DNA of 64,000 nucleotides from a virus (Duplodnaviria; Heunggongvirae; Uroviricota; Caudoviricetes): IMG/VR virus record IMGVR_UViG_3300027631_000003; one strand, 5' to 3'. Shown piece by piece: positions 50,726 to 58,597 of this stretch (position 1 is its first letter; each line of letters starts with the position of its first letter). The notes under the pieces were generated by a model. It saw only the letters and a program-made list of their open reading frames with translations, ran no database searches and was not told where the DNA came from. The position numbers and the translations under genes were made by a program.

Positions 50726-50883
50726 CTATTGATCCAATTTATCTAATTCCTTAATCAACTTATCAATCAGCGCTTCAGATGTTTTAACCATTTCACCCCA
50801 TCCTAAGGCTTTATAGCGTTCTAGACGGTTCATTGCGTCCTCGATTTGTTGTACTTTTAATTCGAATTTTTGATCGTTAGTCA
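50726..50883 (-). CDS. Small hypothetical protein (~52 aa; coordinates approximate to +/-1 nt)
   Basis: ATG at 50883 preceded by leader and motif at 50907..50923. Own translation gives MTNDQKFELKVQQIEDAMNRLERYKALGWGEMVK.... Confidence 0.35.
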
Positions 50884-50928
50884 TATGTTAATTTATTTGT
50901 TATATAGTAAATATAATAAGGACAAAGA

Positions 50929-50945
50929 TGGAGGACAATGTCCTC
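50929..50945 (-). terminator. Hairpin GGAGGA-caatg-TCCTCC downstream of the tRNA-like gene
   Basis: 6-bp G/C-rich stem with 5-nt loop, located between the tRNA-like gene and the next promoter motif. Confidence 0.4.
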
Positions 50946-50984
50946 CTCTTATGCATCTGTAATAATTAACTAATAAACAATATA

Positions 50985-51056
50985 GTGGTTAGGACAGGAT
51001 TCGAACCTGTAGCGCCTACCTTCTCGGTCGGTGTGTTTCCAATTACACTACCTAAT
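50985..51056 (-). tRNA. tRNA-like gene (cloverleaf with canonical T-arm and D-arm; anticodon loop non-canonical, identity unresolved)
   Basis: Minus strand reads GATTAGG-TA-GTGT-AATTGGAA-ACAC-A-CCGAC-CGAGAAG-GTAGG-CGCT-ACAGG-TTCGAAT-CCTGT-CCTAACC-A. The acceptor stem is 6/7 paired and the T-loop TTCGAAT is canonical. Position 33 of the anticodon loop is G rather than U. CCA is not encoded. Confidence 0.5.
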
Positions 51057-51065
51057 CGGTTACTC

Positions 51066-51227
51066 TTAATTTGCCTTAACAAATCGTCCATTACGGATGT
51101 CACGTTTACGAGTTACGCCACGGCGATCAACCACCGTCTCAAAATAACGATTTAAAAGTGCTGTGTAAGCGAAATATCCACCTACACCTAATAATGCGGC
51201 TGAGCCTAAAATTTGAAATAATTGCAT
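51066..51227 (-). CDS. Small single-TM membrane protein (53 aa; below ORF-track cutoff)
   Basis: ATG at 51227. Own translation gives MQLFQILGSAALLGVGGYFAYTALLNRYFETVVDRRG.... Preceded by hairpin/terminator 51258..51274. Confidence 0.4.
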   Translation of the reverse strand: MQLFQILGSAALLGVGGYFAYTALLNRYFETVVDRRGVTRKRDIRNGRFVKAN

Positions 51228-51257
51228 ATGTTTTTTTATTTTTTACATTGTAAAAAT

Positions 51258-51274
51258 AGTCAGGAAACCTGACT
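51258..51274 (-). terminator. Hairpin AGTCAGG-aaa-CCTGACT followed by T-rich tract on the minus strand
   Basis: 7-bp stem overlapping the stop of the 75-aa gene. The minus strand continues ATTTTTAC.... Confidence 0.45.
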
Positions 51275-51500
51275 ACTCCAAATTAAACTCAAATAATACT
51301 ACTTCTGGTCCTATATAATCATTCATATCATTAAATAGGTCTTCGTCACATTCATCGTCACTCAATACTGTTCCTATATAAACATCGTTAACAGACATGT
51401 TTGTTTTATACAAAAAATCTGTATGATCGTTATGAGAAAACATTACTTGTGTGTTAGGATTAAATTGTTGTAGGTGATTAATTAGTTCTTGTACGTTCAT
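51273..51500 (-). CDS. Small acidic hypothetical protein
   Basis: 75 aa. Promoter motif at 51529..51548. Confidence 0.45.
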   Translation of the reverse strand: MNVQELINHLQQFNPNTQVMFSHNDHTDFLYKTNMSVNDVYIGTVLSDDECDEDLFNDMNDYIGPEVVLFEFNLE

Positions 51501-51572
51501 ATTATTATTGTTTATGTTTTATTACAATATAAATGTAATTAAGAAAATATTCAATAACAATATATGAAAAAA

Positions 51573-51758
51573 TTAATTATATTTCTGCATCAATATATCT
51601 GCATAGTCCCAAAATTGTCCTTTGTCTCCATCTTTCATTAATGCGACAGCGCTCATGAATTCTGTTTTAAATGCTTTTCGTTTGTCGCCACGTAAAAATA
51701 AATCGTCAGCACAATTAGTGATTTGTGTTTTACACCATTTTAAATTTTCGTTTTTCAT
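51573..51758 (-). CDS. Small hypothetical protein
   Basis: 61 aa. Promoter motif at 51781..51797. Confidence 0.45.
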   Translation of the reverse strand: MKNENLKWCKTQITNCADDLFLRGDKRKAFKTEFMSAVALMKDGDKGQFWDYADILMQKYN

Positions 51759-51825
51759 GTTCGTTCGTTTTAGTACGTCGTAAATATAATTAAGACACTT
51801 TTTGGAAACAAATTTTGTTTTTGCA

Positions 51826-52130
51826 GCGCTTAGTCATTTGACTAACCACTGCTTAACACGTTTAAACGGTGCTTCGTCATTTGACTCAGCATTGCGCTTA
51901 GTCATTTAACTAAGTGGGCTATCCTACTAGGGATGCGACCCTTTATATACGAACATGTCACCCTCGTGTGGACTATTCTACTAACAAAAAAATATATACA
52001 AAATAGTTACAAAAATGGTAGGAGGTGGTGGGAAAAAAATTGGATGACACAAAAACACACACCCAACCCAACTACATTCCATTCCACATACAACACGCTT
52101 AGTTGTTTGACTAATTAGTCATTCAACTAA
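51826..52130. repeat. Array of five copies of a 16-bp palindrome TTAGTCATTTGACTAA (and variants) in a 460-bp noncoding region
   Basis: Copies at 51830..51845, 51874..51889 (degenerate), 51898..51913, 52099..52114 and 52115..52130. Confidence 0.6.
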
Positions 52131-52262
52131 CCACATTCCCTACTAACAAAACATCATTCCACCGTTCACTACAAAAAAATAATTAATAAATCACGCATCT
52201 TTCACGTGAATTATACACAAAAAAACGTATTGTATTATACTATGTGCTAACAAAAAAATGTG

Positions 52263-52505
52263 TTACTTAACGCGCAACTTTTTAATACGCTCATAACGCT
52301 TAATAAACCAATACACGTGTACTAAACAAACTAATATGTTTACTATAATGGTCGGGTTATTGTTTATCATGTATCCGTACCCTACCCACGTTAAGCATGC
52401 TATTAAATTCGTTATACGAATGAAGCGTTGTTTTGATAGTGTAAACGAGAGTATACTTAAACCCATCGCTACATATCCTAATATGTCGTTCATGTTATTC
52501 ATCAT
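52263..52505 (-). CDS. Small three-TM membrane protein with basic C-terminus (holin-like or Imm-like)
   Basis: 80 aa, three hydrophobic helices, C-terminal KRYERIKKLRVK. Confidence 0.4.
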   Translation of the reverse strand: MMNNMNDILGYVAMGLSILSFTLSKQRFIRITNLIACLTWVGYGYMINNNPTIIVNILVCLVHVYWFIKRYERIKKLRVK

Positions 52506-53106
52506 CTAATCCTAATATTTCTTTTAATAATAATGTCCCTAACCAAACAAGCACATATAGAAATACGGCACCTAAAGCAATTAAACATATAGCTAATGCT
52601 ATCATAGGATAGAACCACCCCAATGTTAAGAACGTAATAAAGAATATACTCGATACGATCCATAGTTTGGTTTCCGTCCACCATGTTTTATTAGTCTGAG
52701 TTGTATTTGTTTTCTTATTCGTTATCTTCTCTCCTATCTTTGTTACTGATGGTGTTAGTTGTTTTTTTCTAAACGAATCAATTGATATTCTCCAAATGTC
52801 TGTTACTAATCGTTCGGCTGCTTCTTGCCATGCTAAATTTTTAGCTCCGACTTCGGTTTTTTCTTCAACTACAAACTTATGTTTCAATAACCAATTCCAT
52901 TGTCCGTTAACGAGTTGTTCTCTAATACCATATGAACAATCCCATTTTGTAGTCCAACTATCGGATTGTTGACATTGAAATTCGATTATTACTTTCTCGT
53001 ATCCTTCAATTTGATTGAGCATACGTTGTATTTCTTCTAATTTCCAATATCGCATTGGATTAATCGGTGATGTTACCATATGTTTCATTATAATATTGTT
53101 CTGCAT
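52495..53106 (-). CDS. Hypothetical protein with C-terminal TM anchor (start possibly at internal Met ~53052)
   Basis: 203 aa. Overlaps the upstream ORF unless it starts at M19. Confidence 0.45.
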   Translation of the reverse strand: MQNNIIMKHMVTSPINPMRYWKLEEIQRMLNQIEGYEKVIIEFQCQQSDSWTTKWDCSYGIREQLVNGQWNWLLKHKFVVEEKTEVGAKNLAWQEAAERLVTDIWRISIDSFRKKQLTPSVTKIGEKITNKKTNTTQTNKTWWTETKLWIVSSIFFITFLTLGWFYPMIALAICLIALGAVFLYVLVWLGTLLLKEILGLDDE

Positions 53107-53284
53107 TGAAGTTTATAAATAACACAGGCATTTCTCCATATTTAAATGCTTTTTTTATCTGCTCTTTCTCCTTTGTAAGTAGTTCCTCTGCTTTCCGATA
53201 CACATCACCTGGATCCACTGGAATGACTTGACTTTCTTCAATCATCCACTCCATTAACTCTTGTAGTGCTGTTTTATTTTCCAT
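53060..53284 (-). CDS. Small hypothetical protein
   Basis: 74 aa. Confidence 0.4.
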   Translation of the reverse strand: MENKTALQELMEWMIEESQVIPVDPGDVYRKAEELLTKEKEQIKKAFKYGEMPVLFINFNAEQYYNETYGNITD

Positions 53285-53519
53285 CCTTAACGTGGTCTTT
53301 CATTTGTTGAAGCGATTTACATAATGCGTCTACTTCTTCGAATGTTAGGTATAATCTTGCATCTGATGTAGTATCTACATTTTCTCGTGTAACGAGTACT
53401 AAGCCGTTATTGCTTTCATTCGGTTGAATGAGTACTGTTTGCTCGATTTGAGTATATAATCTCTGTTCTATGAATGGTTTCATATTATTCCATTGGTTTA
53501 AAGTGACTACGTAACACAT
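53274..53519 (-). CDS. Small hypothetical protein
   Basis: 81 aa (possibly starting at M13). Confidence 0.4.
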   Translation of the reverse strand: MCYVVTLNQWNNMKPFIEQRLYTQIEQTVLIQPNESNNGLVLVTRENVDTTSDARLYLTFEEVDALCKSLQQMKDHVKDGK

Positions 53520-53829
53520 CCTTAATTATTGCTTGTACTTTCCATAAGTCTAATGATATATCCATTAAAACTATTTCATTAGCACATATCCCATATTCTT
53601 GATCTTCGATTATGTCTACACCTTCATTATCTAAGTCAACGTAGATATCCTTTGCGATTTGATCTATAACTGCGTCTGGCATTTGTGATTCAACACCTAA
53701 TTGCACCTTCATTTGATCACGCATTGCCGTCTTATTGATGATGTATTCCATTGTTTCGCCATCAACGTCGATTCCGTTTAATAATGCGATAACTGCTTCT
53801 ACTACTGTTGAGTCTATATCCTCTTTCAT
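53485..53829 (-). CDS. Acidic hypothetical protein
   Basis: 114 aa. Promoter motif at 53864..53885. Confidence 0.45.
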   Translation of the reverse strand: MKEDIDSTVVEAVIALLNGIDVDGETMEYIINKTAMRDQMKVQLGVESQMPDAVIDQIAKDIYVDLDNEGVDIIEDQEYGICANEIVLMDISLDLWKVQAIIKDVLRSHFKPME

Positions 53830-53890
53830 GTGTTTGTTTATTTATTGGTTTAACTTCTTATTACATTTAAAGATAATTAGGAAAGTTTGA

Positions 53891-54016
53891 TTAATCAAGT
53901 GTATATACGTAGTACCTTATGGTATCGCCACCGCTTGTTTCAATTTCTTTCATTTGTGGTTCCATACCCATTTGCTCGAACATTTGCTGTGTTCCTTCGG
54001 GATCCACTTGAAACAT
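53891..54016 (-). CDS. Very small ORF (41 aa; below cutoff)
   Basis: ATG at 54016 fills the gap between genes. Own translation gives MFQVDPEGTQQMFEQMGMEPQMKEIETSGGDTIRYYVYTLD. Confidence 0.25.
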   Translation of the reverse strand: MFQVDPEGTQQMFEQMGMEPQMKEIETSGGDTIRYYVYTLD

Positions 54017-54020
54017 GTAA

Positions 54021-54203
54021 TTAATCGTTGTTTGTAGGTAGATTATCTTCATATTCCATTAAGTCTGCTGCGTAATCGTTTAATTGTTTAAAGAATCTCT
54101 TCATATTCATTGGTAGCTCTGTATTATTTTGGAGCTCAAACGCTGCTGCTGCTGCTTCATCCAAATGGAATATTAATCGTTGTAATGGAGTAGTTTGTGA
54201 CAT
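54021..54203 (-). CDS. Small hypothetical protein
   Basis: 60 aa. Confidence 0.4.
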   Translation of the reverse strand: MSQTTPLQRLIFHLDEAAAAAFELQNNTELPMNMKRFFKQLNDYAADLMEYEDNLPTNND

Positions 54204-54204
54204 G

Positions 54205-54513
54205 TTATTTATTGATTTTAGATTCTAATTTAACAATGAAATCAAATGCGTCTATTTTACCTCCGACGTGGAATATTTCCAATGTATTCATTGTATATTC
54301 GCGATCGTATGTTTTCCAATCGTAGATAGTAAAGTAATCGTTTTTAAATTTAACTACCCATTCTACTTGTGTTTTATCATCGAGTGATGCTTCGCTGAAT
54401 GTAGGTGGACCTAATACTTCTACTAATCGTTTGTAGGTGGCTTTAGTATAGCCTTTTAATGATGTGCCGCATACTTTATCTGATGCGAAGTCTTGATTTC
54501 TTAATGTTCTCAT
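54205..54513 (-). CDS. Small hypothetical protein
   Basis: 102 aa. Promoter motif at 54531..54553. Confidence 0.45.
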   Translation of the reverse strand: MRTLRNQDFASDKVCGTSLKGYTKATYKRLVEVLGPPTFSEASLDDKTQVEWVVKFKNDYFTIYDWKTYDREYTMNTLEIFHVGGKIDAFDFIVKLESKINK

Positions 54514-54554
54514 GTTTGCTCGTTTTATTACAGATTAAAGATAATAAGGAAATT

Positions 54555-54755
54555 CTATTTATCCAATATTACTGAATTAAGTATATCAATTGATTCCATC
54601 AAATTATATCCATACTTATCTAAGATTCGGACAAAATCACGTAAATTATTACATTGATTTAATTCCTTTCGTATTTGTTTCATTGGGAATGGTGGGGATG
54701 CTTCTTCTTCATCCATAACATGAAATAATTTGAGTCTTAAATCTTGGATTTCCAT
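54555..54755 (-). CDS. Small hypothetical protein
   Basis: 66 aa. Motif at 54771..54793. Confidence 0.45.
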   Translation of the reverse strand: MEIQDLRLKLFHVMDEEEASPPFPMKQIRKELNQCNNLRDFVRILDKYGYNLMESIDILNSVILDK

Positions 54756-54770
54756 ATGTTTATTTGTTTG

Positions 54771-54793
54771 TACAGATTAAAGATAATTAGGAA
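54771..54793 (-). promoter_or_regulatory. Early promoter-like motif with conserved leader
   Basis: + strand reads catatgtttatttgtttgtacagattaaagataattaggaaat. Confidence 0.55.
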
Positions 54794-54807
54794 ATCCTTA
54801 GATTCCA

Positions 54808-55026
54808 CTATACGTAGCCGTTTTCATTAGCGTATGTGCTTAAGTATTTATTAATTGCATCAAATGGATCACTACCACTGTAATTGAATACATCGATTTC
54901 TTCACCGTAACTGAATACTACGTAGTCATCACTACCATTATTTTCAATTTTAATATGACTTAGATCCACATCACCGAATTCCACTATATAGACAGTCTGT
55001 TTGTATATTCCGAAGTTCAATTCCAT
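54808..55026 (-). CDS. Small hypothetical protein
   Basis: 72 aa. Confidence 0.4.
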   Translation of the reverse strand: MELNFGIYKQTVYIVEFGDVDLSHIKIENNGSDDYVVFSYGEEIDVFNYSGSDPFDAINKYLSTYANENGYV

Positions 55027-55028
55027 GA

Positions 55029-55217
55029 TTATTTCTTTTTAGTTAGTGAAGCGATTTTAGATTTGAGCTCATTAGCAGCCATTGCTGGATACTTGATATC
55101 GAACATAACGCGATGTCCCTTTGCTTCTGCTTCGGTGATTTCCTTTTCAAATTGAGCTACCCATAGCTCTAATGCTTGTTCAATTACGAATTGATCATGT
55201 CCGTTTAACTTTTTCAT
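55029..55217 (-). CDS. Small hypothetical protein
   Basis: 62 aa. Motif at 55246..55266. Confidence 0.4.
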   Translation of the reverse strand: MKKLNGHDQFVIEQALELWVAQFEKEITEAEAKGHRVMFDIKYPAMAANELKSKIASLTKKK

Positions 55218-55266
55218 GTTTGTTTGTTTAAATTTTTAACTTATGATTAAATATAATCTAGAAATT

Positions 55267-55467
55267 TTAATTATCTAAATCTTCAATTAATTTTACTTCA
55301 CTAATAGTTTCACCATCCCAATAGTAATATTCATCTTCCTCTTCACCTTCATAATTTTCACTTCCACTTAAGATAATATTCCTTGCTTCCTCTTCGGATT
55401 CAGCTTCAATAACATATCCGATTGTTTTGATTACTTCTACTTTAGTTTCAATCCTAAATGTTTTCAT
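55267..55467 (-). CDS. Small acidic hypothetical protein
   Basis: 66 aa. Motif at 55489..55511. Confidence 0.45.
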   Translation of the reverse strand: MKTFRIETKVEVIKTIGYVIEAESEEEARNIILSGSENYEGEEEDEYYYWDGETISEVKLIEDLDN

Positions 55468-55488
55468 ACGTTAGTTTATTTATTTGTA

Positions 55489-55511
55489 CAGATTAAAGAT
55501 AATTAAGAAAG
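55489..55511 (-). promoter_or_regulatory. Early promoter-like motif
   Basis: + strand reads cagattaaagataattaagaaag. Confidence 0.55.
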
Positions 55512-55516
55512 GTAGT

Positions 55517-55894
55517 TTAAGCAACTACCTCTTCTCGTTCTAACTCTACAACATCGTCATTTTTTAACATGAATAGTTCCATTTCTAAATAGGCGATTTT
55601 TGCCTTACGATACTCTTCATTTACCATTTGAAGTAAATCACTTAACTCTTCATCTGTAATGTCGATTGGAAATGTTACTTTATACTTCTCATCACGATGT
55701 GAATATCTCATGATTTCTACCTTTTCATTGTAGCGCTCTCCAAATGTAATTGATGTTACGTTGTGATTCTCTGAAAACCATACTGTAATATGATCTGAAA
55801 ATTTACTGTGAGTATCATTTGGTAATCCCATTAAGATACCTAATCCACGTACTTGTTCGAATGATGTTTTGAATTGATTTAATTCGTTTCTCAT
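55517..55894 (-). CDS. Hypothetical protein
   Basis: 125 aa. Motif at 55928..55950. Confidence 0.45.
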   Translation of the reverse strand: MRNELNQFKTSFEQVRGLGILMGLPNDTHSKFSDHITVWFSENHNVTSITFGERYNEKVEIMRYSHRDEKYKVTFPIDITDEELSDLLQMVNEEYRKAKIAYLEMELFMLKNDDVVELEREEVVA

Positions 55895-55962
55895 GTTTTT
55901 GTTTATTTATTGGTTTAACTTTTATTACAGGTTAAAGATAATAAGGAAATTTTTAAATTCCA

Positions 55963-56559
55963 CTATATGAATGAAAACCAACCTGTTAGGATATATTTAG
56001 TAGTTGTATTACTTATTTGTCCTTTATGAGCGTGTGTCCAATAAGCAGGCCACACCATGAATTTACCTTGTTCTGCTGATTCAATGTGATTTTGATATTG
56101 GAATTCTGTACCTCCATCAGGAACATCATTTAAATAAACCATCCACGCTAATACTCTTGATAGTCCAATCCCAGAACCGCTATTTTCACAGTGAAACGGG
56201 AAGAAACCTTCACCTGGATTGTATTTTTGGATATTGAATGCTTCTAATGTAAACTTTGTAAGTAAATCTAAATGTTGAAATTTATTTACATACCCATCAA
56301 CACCTTCACGTATTAATGGATATAATTTATGTAGAACTATCCCCCATTCCTTTTGGAATTCTTCATTTTTTAATATATTACTTTCAAAACTAATATCTGT
56401 TGATATTTTAACATCATTATAAACCGATCGACTTATTTTCTCACCATCATCATGAGCTGCAACTCCCGGTCTTTTAAAGTTTGATTTCTCAAATTTATTT
56501 ATTATCTGATTGCAAAGTGATTTAGGTATTAATCCTGGAACTCTATATATAAATTGCAT
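55963..56559 (-). CDS. 2OG-Fe(II) oxygenase superfamily protein (prolyl-4-hydroxylase-like)
   Basis: 198 aa with HxE at FPFHCENSG and a distal His at AYWTHAHKG. Size and motif spacing are typical of phage P4Hc-like proteins. Confidence 0.45.
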   Translation of the reverse strand: MQFIYRVPGLIPKSLCNQIINKFEKSNFKRPGVAAHDDGEKISRSVYNDVKISTDISFESNILKNEEFQKEWGIVLHKLYPLIREGVDGYVNKFQHLDLLTKFTLEAFNIQKYNPGEGFFPFHCENSGSGIGLSRVLAWMVYLNDVPDGGTEFQYQNHIESAEQGKFMVWPAYWTHAHKGQISNTTTKYILTGWFSFI

Positions 56560-56570
56560 ATTATTTTATT

Positions 56571-56924
56571 TTACCAACTTGAACTATAGTATAGATCGTC
56601 TAAGCAGTATGACTTATATTCAAGTATTTCATCAATGATTTCCACTGTGTAATCTAAACTTACATAATACCCATCTTCATATACTGTTTCGCCGAAGAAG
56701 AATCCACTTTGAGTAGGCAGTAATGATTTTGCTAATTTAGGATCAATTAATATATCACTACATATGTTATATAATTGAATTAAATGTTCTTTGGTTACTT
56801 TATATTCACCACAGTCATCAACACCATCTTGAACGTTATCTACGAACCATTTGTGGACAGCGTTTGCTTTACGCCATGAAGCAATCTGATTGCCGTCATA
56901 TACTAACATCATGTCTAATCCCAT
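56571..56924 (-). CDS. Hypothetical protein
   Basis: 117 aa. Confidence 0.4.
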   Translation of the reverse strand: MGLDMMLVYDGNQIASWRKANAVHKWFVDNVQDGVDDCGEYKVTKEHLIQLYNICSDILIDPKLAKSLLPTQSGFFFGETVYEDGYYVSLDYTVEIIDEILEYKSYCLDDLYYSSSW

Positions 56925-56925
56925 A

Positions 56926-57144
56926 TTATTTCTTTAAGTTTAAACGCATGTGTTCCTTGCTAATGAAGTAATCTAAACTCAATGCTGCATCTTGTAGCAT
57001 TACTAATAAATCAATTTGTGCATTGATTCCACCTTTATCTAACGTGTTGATATCTAAAGTGCGTTGGCTCTTAGTTACTTCGGAGATAATATCTGCGTAG
57101 TACTTAATTTTGGGCATGTAGCCGTTTGGATATTTATTTTTCAT
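56926..57144 (-). CDS. Small hypothetical protein
   Basis: 72 aa. Motif at 57162..57184. Confidence 0.4.
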   Translation of the reverse strand: MKNKYPNGYMPKIKYYADIISEVTKSQRTLDINTLDKGGINAQIDLLVMLQDAALSLDYFISKEHMRLNLKK

Positions 57145-57176
57145 GTTTGTTTGTTTTTAATACATTATAAATGTAA

Positions 57177-57440
57177 TTAAGAAATTTCGATCATGGAAAT
57201 GGGTACATTGTAAGATGAAAACGCGCCTTCAACTTGTAATGTTGCTGTAGTTCGTTTTACCTTCTTTACAATTAGAGATTTACCTTGTAGTTTAGGATGA
57301 TTTACCTTCACTTTGTCTCCGATATTTAACTCGAATTGAGCAATTAATTGCTTGCGCTTCAATTTAATAGTATCTACTACTAATTTGTTTAGTGCGCTTA
57401 GTTGTTCTAATGTTAATTGGTTTAATTGTGCTTGTGTCAT
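57177..57440 (-). CDS. Small hypothetical protein
   Basis: 87 aa. Confidence 0.4.
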   Translation of the reverse strand: MTQAQLNQLTLEQLSALNKLVVDTIKLKRKQLIAQFELNIGDKVKVNHPKLQGKSLIVKKVKRTTATLQVEGAFSSYNVPISMIEIS

Positions 57441-57448
57441 GTTATTTA

Positions 57449-58198
57449 TTATTGAGCGTTAAAGTAATCCATTACTTCGTTGATTGACATTTTTCGGAAT
57501 ACAACGTCTACTTTCTCACGTACATATTCTTTATCAGGTGTAGTATATACTTCAAACGTAACATAACTACCTGATTTGAATGTAATTGTAACTGTATCGA
57601 ATTCAGTATAATTACCTCTACCACTAGTATAACCTTTACCTGCTTTTACTTCAGCGTCTGGATATAATTTTTGATATTTGTCAACTGTATATTCTACTGT
57701 TGATTTGGTTTTATTAGCGATTTCGTATTTGTATTTAGCAGTTTCAGCTGCTTTAGCAATGTTAGCTAATATTGTAGCAGGTTTCATTGCTCGTGAATTG
57801 TTATTTAACCAATAACATTCCATTTTATCACCGCGTAGATCAACTGATGCTTTACGTTTAATGATTTCATTCTTACCACTATCATATTCATCAAACACAA
57901 TATAGAAGTTACCTTTAAATTGATCTAATTCAACTTCAACCATTTTATGTTCTTCTCTCCATGAATTAACATTGATTTCACGCATCACTTTAATACAGTC
58001 AATGCTGTAGCCGTAATGATTTGATGTGAATCCAGCAGCATCTACTATTGCTGCTTTACGTATTACTTCTAATCTCTGACGATCCATTTGCTTTGTAGCG
58101 TCTGCTTTAGCAGCGACAACACGTTGTTCTTGTTCTACCGTTAATAGATCTGTGAATAATGGTAATTGGTTTGGGTCAATTGCTGTTATATTTTCCAT
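57449..58198 (-). CDS. Hypothetical protein
   Basis: 249 aa. Motif at 58217..58238. Confidence 0.45.
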   Translation of the reverse strand: MENITAIDPNQLPLFTDLLTVEQEQRVVAAKADATKQMDRQRLEVIRKAAIVDAAGFTSNHYGYSIDCIKVMREINVNSWREEHKMVEVELDQFKGNFYIVFDEYDSGKNEIIKRKASVDLRGDKMECYWLNNNSRAMKPATILANIAKAAETAKYKYEIANKTKSTVEYTVDKYQKLYPDAEVKAGKGYTSGRGNYTEFDTVTITFKSGSYVTFEVYTTPDKEYVREKVDVVFRKMSINEVMDYFNAQ

Positions 58199-58216
58199 AT
58201 GTTTATTTATTTGTAT

Positions 58217-58238
58217 AGAGTAAATGTAATTAGGAAAG
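58217..58238 (-). promoter_or_regulatory. Early promoter-like motif
   Basis: + strand reads agagtaaatgtaattaggaaag. Confidence 0.55.
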
Positions 58239-58511
58239 TTGTTCTAGCCTATCGGCTTCAGGAATGATAACTGTTTGGATGTAATCGTTGAATAGCGTTT
58301 CATGTTCAACCATTTCAGCAGGAGACCAATTAGGTGTACATACATCATAATATGATCTATGATATGACATTGACTCGTTTGGATAATTTTCATTAGTCAA
58401 TGTGAATGTTCCATCACCCTCGATGTCTTCTACATCGTATTCTGGGTAATTTTCATTTAACCACGTTAGGAACGTTTTGTTAATTAGTTTGCGTTTTTCT
58501 GTCTTATTCAT
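58230..58511 (-). CDS. Small acidic hypothetical protein
   Basis: 93 aa. Motif at 58524..58546. Confidence 0.45.
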   Translation of the reverse strand: MNKTEKRKLINKTFLTWLNENYPEYDVEDIEGDGTFTLTNENYPNESMSYHRSYYDVCTPNWSPAEMVEHETLFNDYIQTVIIPEADRLEQLS

Positions 58512-58597
58512 ATGTTTGTTTATTTATTCGTACATAGTAAATATAATTAAGAAAGCTCGATCTTTCGACCGAGCTTTAACTTATAAACTAACTATAA

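Noticed and set aside
51933-52118. Plus-strand 61-aa ORF in the palindrome-containing noncoding region
   Set aside because: The region is almost G-free on the plus strand, which suppresses stop codons. No start context, and the product is low-complexity.
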